From positions 3,234 through 67,233 of the forward strand of contig JBDOIG010000059.1 in the NCBI GenBank assembly GCA_041082235.1: DNA of 64,000 nucleotides, read 5' to 3'. The stretch comes from Thermodesulfovibrionales bacterium (GTDB lineage Bacteria > Nitrospirota > Thermodesulfovibrionia > Thermodesulfovibrionales > CALJEL01). Positions 28,418 through 37,927 of the stretch are shown here, piece by piece. A program made the position numbers and the translations under genes. The notes under the pieces are model-generated. The model saw only the letters and a list, made by a program, of their open reading frames with translations. It ran no database searches and had not been told where the DNA came from. Numbering within the stretch: position 1 is the stretch's first letter; every line of letters begins with the position of its first letter.

Positions 28418-29340
28418 CAGTGGATCACCTCTGTTGCCTCAGTTAGCAGGTCAGCGGGAATCCTGAGATTGAGCCTCTGCGCCTCACCAATTGCAAATAC
28501 CAGTTCCATGTCAGCACTGGAATCTCTTACAATCTCATAGGGTTTCTTACCTTTCAGTATTGCCTGTATAATAGCAACAGCCTTTTCTGCCTGTTTTCTG
28601 GGTGATGGATATAGGCTGATAACAGGTTTTGCTTCTCTTCTTGGAAGTAGGGATGCAACAGGTACCCAGTATTCTCTGAAGTCTAAGAGAGCTATATTTG
28701 CTATACTGCTTGTTGTAAAGATAAGGGCGTCTGCACTTACATCTCTAATTACCTGTTTAATATCTGATGGTTTTTTAATACCAAGTTTTACAACATTTAT
28801 TTTGTAATAAGGACAGCATTTCATGATCTCATTGAGCTGGTAGAGTGAGTCACTTTCAAGTGGATTGTATACAACACCAATGACCTTTATCTCCTTCATG
28901 CTGTTCAGGTACCGTGTGATACTTGAGATAGGTGTTTTGAATTCAACACCTGTGCTATTCTTTGTCCTGTATCTTTCAAGGGCTGGAGTATATACTGCCA
29001 CATATATAACAGGCTGGTCAGGTCTCTCATTTAAAGTAGCAATTGTTGCCTCGGTTCCGTAGCAGAAGATTATATCCACATTATGGGCTATGAGTTTCCT
29101 TGCAGCATTACTCAGGGCAATGGGATCTGGAAAGGGTTTCTGAATTAGAAAATCTATCTGACCTGATAAAATAGTTGCCTCCATTTTTTTCAGAAAATGA
29201 GTGTGAATCTCTTCATAATAGGGAACATTGGATGGCAGTATCACACCTATTGTCTTTTTTTCAATGGCGTAGGATTCTTTGATGAAAAAGATAAAAAAGG
29301 CAAGGATTAGAATCAATAGCCTGAGCTTAAATTGTCTCAT
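28417..29340 (-). CDS. periplasmic ABC-type substrate-binding-like protein (COG2984/ABC_sub_bind-like)
   Basis: 307 aa with a signal peptide. It begins IGVILPSN.PYYEE and has an overall type-1 PBP pattern. No permease or ATPase genes are adjacent. Confidence 0.6.
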   Translation of the reverse strand: MRQFKLRLLILILAFFIFFIKESYAIEKKTIGVILPSNVPYYEEIHTHFLKKMEATILSGQIDFLIQKPFPDPIALSNAARKLIAHNVDIIFCYGTEATIATLNERPDQPVIYVAVYTPALERYRTKNSTGVEFKTPISSITRYLNSMKEIKVIGVVYNPLESDSLYQLNEIMKCCPYYKINVVKLGIKKPSDIKQVIRDVSADALIFTTSSIANIALLDFREYWVPVASLLPRREAKPVISLYPSPRKQAEKAVAIIQAILKGKKPYEIVRDSSADMELVFAIGEAQRLNLRIPADLLTEATEVIH

Positions 29341-29438
29341 AATTTATTAAAAATCCCTCATGAGTTAAGTATGTCCTTCATGCTTTTTGTTATAATACCA
29401 CAATTAATAAAAATTTTTAATCTACGGGTGAATACTCA

Positions 29439-30539
29439 ATGAGACTATCTATTACAGGACTTGCAAATACAGGTAAGACCACCATATTTAATGCACTTAC
29501 AGGTCTTGACCTGGCCACATCCCTTTATGTAACAAGAGAGATGGAACCCCAGATTGCCACTGTAAAGGTGCCTGATAAAAGAATTGAGAGCCTTGCCCAT
29601 ATCTTTAAACCAAAGAAGGTCACACCTGCAACAGTAGAGTATATTGATTACATAGGACTTACGAAGGGAGATGCCGAGCAGAATAAAAGGGTCTTTGATT
29701 TTATAAAGGAGGCTGATGCCATAGTCCATGTGGTAAGGGCCTTTGAAGATGAGGCTGTTATACATCCCCTTGGTAGCATTGAGCCTTTAAGAGATCTTGA
29801 GACAGTGGAGTTTGAATTTATATTCGGTGATCTTGAGCTTGTCACAAAAAGGCTTCAGAGGATTGAGGAATCAAGGAAAAAAGGGAAAAAAACTAGCGAT
29901 GAAGAGATAAAGGTGCTTCTGAAGTGCAAGGAGGCCCTTGAGTCAGAAAGGCCCTTGAGATTTGTTCAATTTGATGAGGATGAGCATGCCGTCCTGAGAC
30001 CTATGCAATTTCTTTCTGACAAACCAGAGGTGATAGTCTTTAACACAGATGAATATATGAGTGCTGAGGACAGGCAATATTTAATTGAAAAGGCAGAGGG
30101 GTATTTTAAAAAGTTCAGCCCTTACTTTGAAGATAAGGTAAAGATAATAAGCCTTTCAGGAAAGTTAGAGATGGAGTTATCCCGTATGACAGCTGATGAG
30201 CAGAAAGAATTTCTTTCAGGACTCGGAATTGATGAGCCTGCACTGAATAAACTGATAAAGGTCTCTTATGGCCTTTTAAAATATATATCTTTCTTTACAG
30301 TAGGTGAAGATGAGGTTAAGGCATGGACCATCAAGGAGGGAACAAATGCCCAGAAGTCAGCAGGGAAGATTCATTCAGATATGGAGCGCGGCTTTATAAG
30401 GGCAGAGGTTGTGAGTTATGACGAATTTATAAAGGAGGGCAGTTTATCATTATTGAGACAGAAAGGCCTTCTGAGGCTTGAAGGGAAGGATTATATCGTT
30501 AAGGATGGGGATATAATAAATTTCCGCTTCAATGTATAG
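29439..30539 (+). CDS. ychF: ribosome-binding/redox-regulated ATPase YchF
   Basis: 366 aa with P-loop GLANTGKTTIFNALTG and a C-terminal GKIHSDMERGFIRAEVVSYDEF...EGKDYIVKDGDIINFRFNV. Confidence 0.9.
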   Translation: MRLSITGLANTGKTTIFNALTGLDLATSLYVTREMEPQIATVKVPDKRIESLAHIFKPKKVTPATVEYIDYIGLTKGDAEQNKRVFDFIKEADAIVHVVRAFEDEAVIHPLGSIEPLRDLETVEFEFIFGDLELVTKRLQRIEESRKKGKKTSDEEIKVLLKCKEALESERPLRFVQFDEDEHAVLRPMQFLSDKPEVIVFNTDEYMSAEDRQYLIEKAEGYFKKFSPYFEDKVKIISLSGKLEMELSRMTADEQKEFLSGLGIDEPALNKLIKVSYGLLKYISFFTVGEDEVKAWTIKEGTNAQKSAGKIHSDMERGFIRAEVVSYDEFIKEGSLSLLRQKGLLRLEGKDYIVKDGDIINFRFNV

Positions 30540-30541
30540 AT

Positions 30542-31525
30542 ATGGCACCAATAATAAAGACTGAATCCCTTGTACGAGATTTTGATAACCTCAGGGCGGT
30601 TGATAATCTTAACCTTGATGTTGAGGAGAGAACAATATTCGGATTTCTCGGTCCAAATGGTGCCGGAAAGACCACCACTATTAATATACTCTGCACACTT
30701 CTCAGGCCAACCTCTGGAAGGGCTTTTATAAATGGATATGATTGTGTAAAGGATGCCCATCGTGTAAGAAGCTCAATAGGCATAGTCTTTCAGGACACAA
30801 CCCTTGATAAAGACCTTACTGCCTATGAGAATCTCCTTTTCCATTCATACCTCTATGGACTTGGCAGGGAAGAGGCAAAAAAGAGGATAGAAGAACTCCT
30901 TATTTTCATGGATCTCTATGATAGAAAGGATGAACCTGTAAAGAGATTCTCTGGCGGTATGAAGAGGCGGCTTGAGGTGGCAAGGGGGCTCATGCATTAT
31001 CCAAGGGTTCTTTTTCTTGATGAGCCGACACTGGGACTTGATCCCCAGTCAAGGGCAGGGCTCTGGGAGCATATTTTAAGGCTTCCTGAGAGCCATAATG
31101 TCACTGTATTCATGACAACCCATTACATGGATGAGGCAGAGGTCTGTAACAGGGTGGCTATTATAGACCATGGAAGGATAATTGCCGAAGGTGCTCCAGA
31201 CGAGCTCAAGAGGATGGTTGGCGGCGATGTGGTTTATCTCAAGGCAAAGGACAATAAAATGGCAAGGCAGATATTAAAGGAAAGGATAAGTGCAGAGATT
31301 GAAGTAAGGGATGGTGAAATATTTGTCCATGGTGTGAAGGGTGATGTCTGTATACCCGAGATCATAAGGATACTGGGTGAGCAGGTTTTATCAGTGAGGC
31401 TCCAGAGGCCAACACTAAATGATGTCTTTTTAAAACTCACTGGCAGACAGATAAGGGAAGGTTCTCCTGAAGATGAATTTAAGGAATCCATCAGGGCATA
31501 CAGGAGGCGTTTTGATAGAGCTTAG
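30542..31525 (+). CDS. ABC transporter ATP-binding protein (ABC-2/DrrA type)
   Basis: 327 aa with GPNGAGKTTT, FSGGMKRRLEVARG and LFLDEPT. Confidence 0.9.
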   Translation: MAPIIKTESLVRDFDNLRAVDNLNLDVEERTIFGFLGPNGAGKTTTINILCTLLRPTSGRAFINGYDCVKDAHRVRSSIGIVFQDTTLDKDLTAYENLLFHSYLYGLGREEAKKRIEELLIFMDLYDRKDEPVKRFSGGMKRRLEVARGLMHYPRVLFLDEPTLGLDPQSRAGLWEHILRLPESHNVTVFMTTHYMDEAEVCNRVAIIDHGRIIAEGAPDELKRMVGGDVVYLKAKDNKMARQILKERISAEIEVRDGEIFVHGVKGDVCIPEIIRILGEQVLSVRLQRPTLNDVFLKLTGRQIREGSPEDEFKESIRAYRRRFDRA

Positions 31526-31544
31526 GGTTGTCTATGTAATAGTA

Positions 31545-32270
31545 ATGAGGGAACTTATAAAATTCTTCAGAGAGAAAGGCAGGCTTGTCTCCACACTGGC
31601 AAGACCCATCATATGGTTATTCTTTGTTGGAATGGGTATGTCAAGGCTTGTTCCACAGGATATCACAGGCACGGATTATATGAGGTTTCTTTTCCCCGGA
31701 ATCCTGGGGATGACGATACTTTTCAGCGCTATATTTTCTTCTATATCTATAATCTGGGATAAGGAATTCGGGTTCTTAAAAGAGATACTTGTTGCTCCTG
31801 TATCAAGGTTCTCCATTGTCCTTGGAAAGGCATTAAGTGGGACCCTTCTGTCTACGATACAGGCGATGCTTATCATGATAGTGTCACCTCTGATAGGTAT
31901 CTATCCAGAAATAGGACAGATTGCTGGCTGTCTTATGGTGATAATCCTTCTTTCCTTTTCCATTTCAGCCCTTGGCATTGTCATTGCATCCTTTTATGAG
32001 AGCCTTGAGAGTTTCAGCATGATAATGAATTTTATTGTAATGCCCATGTTCTTTCTTTCAGGCGCCATGTATCCATTAAAAAAACTTCCTGTTTTACTTA
32101 AATATGCTGCGACACTTAATCCACTCACATATGGCATTGACGGACTGAGACACATACTCATTCCTTATGGTATCCTTGATTTCTCCTTTTATCTGGATAT
32201 ATCTATTCTGATTGTAAGCTCAGCAGCCTTTTTATTTTTTTCCACATATATCTTTCAAAGAGGTCATTAA
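31545..32270 (+). CDS. ABC-2 type transporter permease
   Basis: It has six TM helices and a typical ABC-2 N-terminus MRELIKFFREKGRL. ATG 31545 is preferred over ATG 31473, which would overlap the ATPase gene by 53 nt. Confidence 0.8.
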   Translation: MRELIKFFREKGRLVSTLARPIIWLFFVGMGMSRLVPQDITGTDYMRFLFPGILGMTILFSAIFSSISIIWDKEFGFLKEILVAPVSRFSIVLGKALSGTLLSTIQAMLIMIVSPLIGIYPEIGQIAGCLMVIILLSFSISALGIVIASFYESLESFSMIMNFIVMPMFFLSGAMYPLKKLPVLLKYAATLNPLTYGIDGLRHILIPYGILDFSFYLDISILIVSSAAFLFFSTYIFQRGH

Positions 32271-33035
32271 GTGAAAGAGATAGATATCTATAAACTCCTT
32301 CCCGGGAAAAACTGTAAGGAGTGTTCTGCTGGTACATGCATGGCCTTTGCTATTAAGCTCAACAAAATGCCTTCTCTGCTTGATGAATGTCCTTACATTG
32401 AAGAGCAAAAAAGGAGCTATCTGAAGGCTAATATTATCACCTCTGATTGGAGGGATAATCTTATAGATTCTCTCAGAAAAGAGGTCTCCCAGCTAAAGTT
32501 TAATGAGATAGCTCATGACCTTGGTGCTCTTCAGCATGAAGATGGTTTGATTATAAAGTGTATTGGCAGAGATTATCTTATAAAAAGGGATGGGACTATC
32601 CTGCCTGATACAGAGAACAAATGGATCAAGATCCTTCTTCTGCATTACATACGGCTCAGGGGTAAAGGCAGTTTCACGGGTAAATGGATATCTTTTTCAG
32701 ACATTAAAGGTGGTCTTGTAAAGGCATCCACATTTAAGAGAGATTGTGAGGCTCCTTTAAAAGAGGTCTTTGAGCTTAATCCTGAAGAGGCCATTAAAGT
32801 TCTTGAGAGGCTTGGTGGTAAGAGGATAGAGGGTTATCCCTCTGATATTGCCATTATAATTGACCTCTTGCCAAGGGTGAGGATTCTTATTCTTTATTCA
32901 AACGGTGATGAAGAGTTCCCATCAGCATTAAAGATACTCTTTGATGCCATAACACCAGAGTTTCTTGATGTGGAGTCCATTATCTTTCTTATTGAAGGCC
33001 TGGTGCATACTGTTAAGCATTTTATGTCCGATTAG
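32271..33035 (+). CDS. protein with N-terminal putative Fe-S-binding module (LPGKNCKECSAGTCMAFA) and DUF3786-like body
   Basis: 254 aa. The GTG start directly abuts the permease stop. The N-terminal motif resembles the RnfB/corrinoid-protein 'putative Fe-S cluster' domain. The rest is assigned from memory of DUF3786 architecture. Confidence 0.55.
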   Translation: MKEIDIYKLLPGKNCKECSAGTCMAFAIKLNKMPSLLDECPYIEEQKRSYLKANIITSDWRDNLIDSLRKEVSQLKFNEIAHDLGALQHEDGLIIKCIGRDYLIKRDGTILPDTENKWIKILLLHYIRLRGKGSFTGKWISFSDIKGGLVKASTFKRDCEAPLKEVFELNPEEAIKVLERLGGKRIEGYPSDIAIIIDLLPRVRILILYSNGDEEFPSALKILFDAITPEFLDVESIIFLIEGLVHTVKHFMSD

Positions 33036-33057
33036 CTTAAATATATGTTTTTAAATA

Positions 33058-33735
33058 ATGCTGATTGAGGATAGAACATTAAGGAATAAACTTCATGTCT
33101 ATCAGGATAGAACAGAGGCAGGCAGGATTCTTGCTTCAATGCTTCAGGAACATAAGGATTCTGATGCCATTGTCCTTGCCATTCCTTCAGGTGGTGTGCC
33201 TGTTGGTGCAGAGATAGTAAGGGTATTGGGTCTATCCTTTGACCTTCTTATAGTCAGAAAGATACAGATACCATACAATCCAGAGGCTGGTTTTGGTGCC
33301 GTGGGTCCTGATGGAGAGCCAATCTTTAATGAGTCTCTTTTAAGAAGCCTTATGCTGACTGAAAGCGATATTATGGAGCAGATGACAAAGGCCAGAGAGA
33401 GCGTAAAGAAAAGGGATGAGTTATTCAGAAAGAATAAGCCCCTTCCATTATTAAAAGACAGGGTAGTAATAATTGTTGATGATGGACTTGCCTCAGGTTA
33501 TACAATATTAGCTGGTATAAATTATGTCAAAAAAAGCATGCCTGCAAGGATAATCGTAGCTGTCCCAACAGCCTCTGAAAGGGCGATAAAGGCTATTCTT
33601 CCAAAGGTGGATAAACTTATCTGCCCGAATGTAAGGGCAGGTCCTGTCTTTGCTGTTGCTGATGCCTATAGAGAGTGGTATGACCTTCCAGAGGAAGAGG
33701 TGCTCAAGATATTGAAGGAATTGTCATTCCTTTGA
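33058..33735 (+). CDS. type-I phosphoribosyltransferase-family protein of unknown specificity
   Basis: 225 aa with PRPP-binding loop VVIIVDDGLASGYT. Confidence 0.75.
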   Translation: MLIEDRTLRNKLHVYQDRTEAGRILASMLQEHKDSDAIVLAIPSGGVPVGAEIVRVLGLSFDLLIVRKIQIPYNPEAGFGAVGPDGEPIFNESLLRSLMLTESDIMEQMTKARESVKKRDELFRKNKPLPLLKDRVVIIVDDGLASGYTILAGINYVKKSMPARIIVAVPTASERAIKAILPKVDKLICPNVRAGPVFAVADAYREWYDLPEEEVLKILKELSFL

Positions 33736-33754
33736 GGAACTCAGCCCCTCAAAA
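33731..33754 (+). repeat. Mini-hairpin-family relic overlapping the PRTase stop codon
   Basis: TTTGAGGAACTCAGCCCCTCAAAA. The TGA inside TTTGAGG is the stop codon at 33733-33735. Confidence 0.5.
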
Positions 33755-33962
33755 TTTCTTAATTCAAAGGACAAAAGCTGGCTCCTCCAGAAGATTAAAT
33801 TCTTCCCTCTCTTATTCTTGAATCAAAGACATATAGACCCTCAATCCTTTCAGGGAAGGTTTTTTAAATTTTAGAATAATCCTCTCAAGTGCCTCCCTTA
33901 CAAACCATGTCATAGCCTTTTTTATCATACATCTCTGGTATAATAATCCATGGAGGATTCAA

Positions 33963-34841
33963 GTGACCAGAACAGTGCCAGACTTCAGATTTATTGAAAG
34001 AATAGCCACCTATCTAAGAATGATAAAATTCTCTCATTCTGTTTTTGCCCTTCCCTTTGCCCTCACATCAGCCTTTATTGCATCAGCGGGTTCCCCAGAA
34101 CTTGAGAAATTTTTCTGGATCATTGTTGCTATGGTCTCAGCAAGGACTGCTGCCATGGGCCTAAACAGGATAATAGACAGGCATATAGATAAACTCAATC
34201 CAAGGACCTCCAAGAGAGAAATCCCCTCTGGAAAGGTCAGCCTTACTGAGGCAGTCCTTTTTGTATCAGTGGCAATTATTTTTTTTATATACTCAGCCTG
34301 GAGCTTGAATCCTCTATGTTTTAAACTCTCCTTTGTTTCCCTTGGAGCCATCTTTCTTTATTCCTATACAAAGAGGTTTACCTCTCTGTCCCATCTCTTC
34401 CTTGGTATTACCATATCTGCTGCACCTATAGGTGCCTGGATAGCTATTAGAGGCACCTTTGACCCGAGAATACTTAGCCTCGGACTTTCAGTTGCCTTCT
34501 GGATAGCTGGCTTTGATATCCTCTATGCACTTCAGGATATAGACTTTGACAGGAGATATGGTCTTTATTCCATACCTTCAAGATTGGGAGTCAAAAGGGC
34601 AATTGGTATTTCAAGGCTCTTTCATGTAATCTCCTGGGCTTTACTTTTTATGACAGGTATCTTATTTAAACTTAATATATGGTTTTTTATTGGTGTATTT
34701 CTTGCTGGTGTTATTCTATTTTATGAACACAGACTTGTGAAACCTGATGATCTTAGAAGACTCAATATGGCATTCTTTAATATGAACGGATATCTGAGCA
34801 TCGTTGTCTTTTTGTTCACCCTGCTTTCTTATATTTTTTAG
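33963..34841 (+). CDS. UbiA-family aromatic prenyltransferase (4-hydroxybenzoate polyprenyltransferase / MqnP-like)
   Basis: 292 aa and polytopic, with NRIIDRHIDKLNPRT (NxxxDxxxD) and the second Asp-rich motif DIDFDRRYG. It has a GTG start behind GGAGG. Confidence 0.85.
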   Translation: MTRTVPDFRFIERIATYLRMIKFSHSVFALPFALTSAFIASAGSPELEKFFWIIVAMVSARTAAMGLNRIIDRHIDKLNPRTSKREIPSGKVSLTEAVLFVSVAIIFFIYSAWSLNPLCFKLSFVSLGAIFLYSYTKRFTSLSHLFLGITISAAPIGAWIAIRGTFDPRILSLGLSVAFWIAGFDILYALQDIDFDRRYGLYSIPSRLGVKRAIGISRLFHVISWALLFMTGILFKLNIWFFIGVFLAGVILFYEHRLVKPDDLRRLNMAFFNMNGYLSIVVFLFTLLSYIF

Positions 34842-34842
34842 C

Positions 34843-36258
34843 ATGAGCATTCATAAAGATATAGAGCTCTCCACAATTTATGAGGTATCAAATCTAATAA
34901 TCTCCTCAGCAGATAAAGAAAATTACTATAATTCCCTCTGTGAGATAATGAGGGTTTATTTTGGAATAAAATTTTGCTGGATTGGACTCATTGAGCAGGG
35001 TAGCTTTGATATAAAACCAGCTGGTCATGCTGGTTTTGAAGAGGGTTATCTATCAAAGATACATGTCAGGTGGGATAACTCTCCAGAGGGGATGGGTCCT
35101 GCTGGGATGTCCATCAAGACAAGAAGGCCATATTTAATAAATATTGATGACCCTGGTTTTAAGCCCTGGTATGAGGAGGCAAAAAAGAGGGGATATGCTG
35201 CTGTGCTTGGTGTACCACTTCTTTACGGAGGAGAAGAATGTCTTGGAACCCTTGTATTTTACAGTGAGAGCAGGGATTTTTTTACACCTTCATGGGTTAA
35301 AGCACTACAGATCATCTCCAATCAGGTAGCCTTTGCCATAAAGAACAGGCTGATACTTGAACACCTTGAGGAAGAGGTGAGGGCAAGGACTGAGGAGCTT
35401 GAGATAGCAAACATGCAGATGAGGGCATTGAACGAAGAATTAAACAAGAAGACATTAGAGCTTGAGATGGCAAAACAGTTTGCAGAAAGGGCAAGCAGGA
35501 CAAAGTCAGAATTTCTTGCTAATATAAATCATGAGTTAAGAACACCCCTGAATTCTATCCTTGGATTTTCAAGGCTCCTTATTGACAGTCTTTATGGTGA
35601 GCTGAATGAGACACAGAAAGATTATATAAAAGAAATCCATGAGAGTGGTCAGAGGCTTCTCACGGTTGTGAATGAGATGCTTGATTTTGCTGCCCTTGAA
35701 AAAAGAGACATGAGTCTCTCTTATAGCTCTTTCAGGCTCAGGGATGTGGTAGAGTCAGCATTTAATATCTACAGGGCAAATGCCTTGAAAAAATCCATCT
35801 CATTTGAACTCCTATATAACCTGCCAGATGATTTCAGGATAGAGGCTGACAGGACAAAACTGAAGGATATTCTCATGCACCTTCTTAGCAATGCCCTAAA
35901 ATTCACTCCACAGAATGGCCTGGTTGTTCTTTCTGTAAAAAAGTCTTCTTACAGGGCTCCTGATGAGCCAGAATTTGTAGAATTCTCAATAAAAGATACA
36001 GGTAAGGGTATCAGCAAGGAAGATATCAGCAGGATTTTTGAAGGTTTTACTCTTCTTGTCTCTCCTTACACAAAAACCTACGAGGGTGTAGGACTGGGAC
36101 TTGCCCTTGTGAAAAGATTTGTGGAGATGCATGGTGGAAGGCTTACTGTAGAGAGTGAGCCTGGTAAGGGAAGTACCTTTACATTTATACTCCCAGAGAA
36201 ACAATGGATACCCGAAGGTAAAGAACATGGAAAAGAAAAGAAAGATTCTCTGTGTTGA
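34843..36258 (+). CDS. cytoplasmic GAF-domain sensor histidine kinase
   Basis: It has an N-terminal GAF, a coiled coil, the H-box [15 protein letters not shown], and the HATPase G-boxes DTGKGI and GVGLGLA. ATG 34843 is placed just after the UbiA stop. Confidence 0.85.
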   Translation: MSIHKDIELSTIYEVSNLIISSADKENYYNSLCEIMRVYFGIKFCWIGLIEQGSFDIKPAGHAGFEEGYLSKIHVRWDNSPEGMGPAGMSIKTRRPYLINIDDPGFKPWYEEAKKRGYAAVLGVPLLYGGEECLGTLVFYSESRDFFTPSWVKALQIISNQVAFAIKNRLILEHLEEEVRARTEELEIANMQMRALNEELNKKTLELEMAKQFAERASRTKSEFLANINHELRTPLNSILGFSRLLIDSLYGELNETQKDYIKEIHESGQRLLTVVNEMLDFAALEKRDMSLSYSSFRLRDVVESAFNIYRANALKKSISFELLYNLPDDFRIEADRTKLKDILMHLLSNALKFTPQNGLVVLSVKKSSYRAPDEPEFVEFSIKDTGKGISKEDISRIFEGFTLLVSPYTKTYEGVGLGLALVKRFVEMHGGRLTVESEPGKGSTFTFILPEKQWIPEGKEHGKEKKDSLC

Positions 36259-37735
36259 TGACGAACCTGTAAATTTGAGACTTCTTGAATCAATCCTCTC
36301 CTTAAGGGGATATGAGGTAATTAAATCAGACAACGGTATAGATGCCCTTGATAAATTGAGGTCTGATCATATAGATCTCGTGCTTCTTGATGTGATGATG
36401 CCGGGTATGAATGGTTATGAGGTGTGCAGGGTTATTAAAGGAGATGATTCCCTGAGGCATATTCCTGTGATTATGATTACAGCCCTCACTTCAAAGGAAG
36501 ACAGGATTCGTGGCATAGAGGCCGGGGCAGAGGATTTTATCTCAAAACCCTTTGATAGTGAAGAGGTTCTTGCAAGGATAAGGATGCTTCTTAAGGTAAA
36601 GGACCTTACAGAAAGGCTTGCCACTGCATATAACACAATAAATCATCTGATCTCAGCAGGAGAGGAGCTTCTTAAGGAAATAGATCCCCAGAGGTGGGAA
36701 CTGATGTCAGCTATTGAGAATATTGTATTTCAGCTTATAAGGAGAGCAGAAAATGATGAAAAGCCAGAAGTAATAATAATTGGTACAGGCATAGGTGGTT
36801 CACGAAAATGGTATCTTTACTCATGGAAAGGTGGAAGAATAAATAAGACAGTGATTGGCAGTGAGCTTTTCCACTACGACAGATGCGAGATATCAAAAGA
36901 GCTTATTTATTTTAATGAATCAGATATGGAGAAATCAGAATTGATTAATCTGACAGCAAAGATGAGGAAGTTATATCCATCATTATCAAATGGAGTCTGT
37001 TATATCAGTAAAGACCTCTGCATCTTAACCTTTAATTATGGCAGAGAGGTAACCCAGTTTGATGCAAATGTCCTTAACAGCCTTGTGATGCAGGGTCTTT
37101 ATCTCAGGTCTTTATTTGCGCAGATAAGAGAGACAGAGGATGCCTTTGCCTATACAATAAATGCCCTTGCAAGGGCATCTGAGGCAAATGATGAGGATAC
37201 AGGCAATCATATCCTGAGGGTTGGTGAATTCTGTTCTGTGCTTTCTGAGAGGCTGGGGTTGTCAGAGGATTTTATAAAGGACATAAAACTTCAATCCAGG
37301 CTCCATGATGTTGGAAAGATTCACATCCATCCTGATATCCTCAAGAAGCCCGGTAAACTTACTCCAGAGGAATGGAAGGTCATGATGATGCATCCTGTTT
37401 ATGGTGCAATGATTATAGGAGACCATCCAAGACTTAAGATGGCAAAGAACATTGCCCTTACCCATCAGGAGAGATGGGATGGAAGCGGTTATCCAAGGGG
37501 TCTTAAGGGTGAAGAGATACCTCTGGAGGGAAGGATCACGAGTCTTGCTGATCAGTATGATGCCCTTAGAAATCCGAGGGTATATAAACCAAGCTTTGAC
37601 CATGAGACAGCCTTCAAGATAATTACTGAAGGAGACGGAAGAACCCTCCCCCAGCATTTTGATCCGAATATATTGAAGATTTTCAAGGAGAATGCATCCC
37701 TCTTTGAGGAGATATACGAGAGGCTTAAAGGTTAA
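36227..37735 (+). CDS. response regulator: REC - uncharacterised ~200-aa domain - HD-GYP phosphodiesterase
   Basis: It starts [14 protein letters not shown], with phospho-acceptor [13 protein letters not shown]. The HD-GYP motifs are HDVGK and [14 protein letters not shown]. It overlaps the kinase gene by 32 nt. Confidence 0.85.
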   Translation: MEKKRKILCVDDEPVNLRLLESILSLRGYEVIKSDNGIDALDKLRSDHIDLVLLDVMMPGMNGYEVCRVIKGDDSLRHIPVIMITALTSKEDRIRGIEAGAEDFISKPFDSEEVLARIRMLLKVKDLTERLATAYNTINHLISAGEELLKEIDPQRWELMSAIENIVFQLIRRAENDEKPEVIIIGTGIGGSRKWYLYSWKGGRINKTVIGSELFHYDRCEISKELIYFNESDMEKSELINLTAKMRKLYPSLSNGVCYISKDLCILTFNYGREVTQFDANVLNSLVMQGLYLRSLFAQIRETEDAFAYTINALARASEANDEDTGNHILRVGEFCSVLSERLGLSEDFIKDIKLQSRLHDVGKIHIHPDILKKPGKLTPEEWKVMMMHPVYGAMIIGDHPRLKMAKNIALTHQERWDGSGYPRGLKGEEIPLEGRITSLADQYDALRNPRVYKPSFDHETAFKIITEGDGRTLPQHFDPNILKIFKENASLFEEIYERLKG

Positions 37736-37747
37736 AACTCTGTCATT

Positions 37748-37800
37748 TGCCATTAGAAATTTGTCTGCCTGTCTTAAAGTCTTTACAATGCTACGATAAT
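37748..37800 (+). repeat. Solo left arm of the intergenic repeat family
   Basis: TGCCATTAGAAATTTGTCTGCCTGTCTTAAAGTCTTTACAATGCTACGATAAT. Confidence 0.6.
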
Positions 37801-37927
37801 CAGGGATTTTGGAAAACTTGAAATTTTTGAAATGTTTAAGCTATTTTAATAGGCTATGATTTAATGTCTTTAAAGGCTTCATTGCTCTTATAGATAGATA
37901 AAAAAAATTAATTTTGGGAGGCTCATC

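Noticed and set aside
31473-31544. Upstream ATG for the ABC-2 permease giving a 53-nt overlap with the ATPase gene
   Set aside because: The added 24 residues (MNLRNPSGHTGGVLIELRVVYVIV) are just the alternative reading of the ATPase C-terminus. ATG 31545 gives a typical ABC-2 N-terminus.
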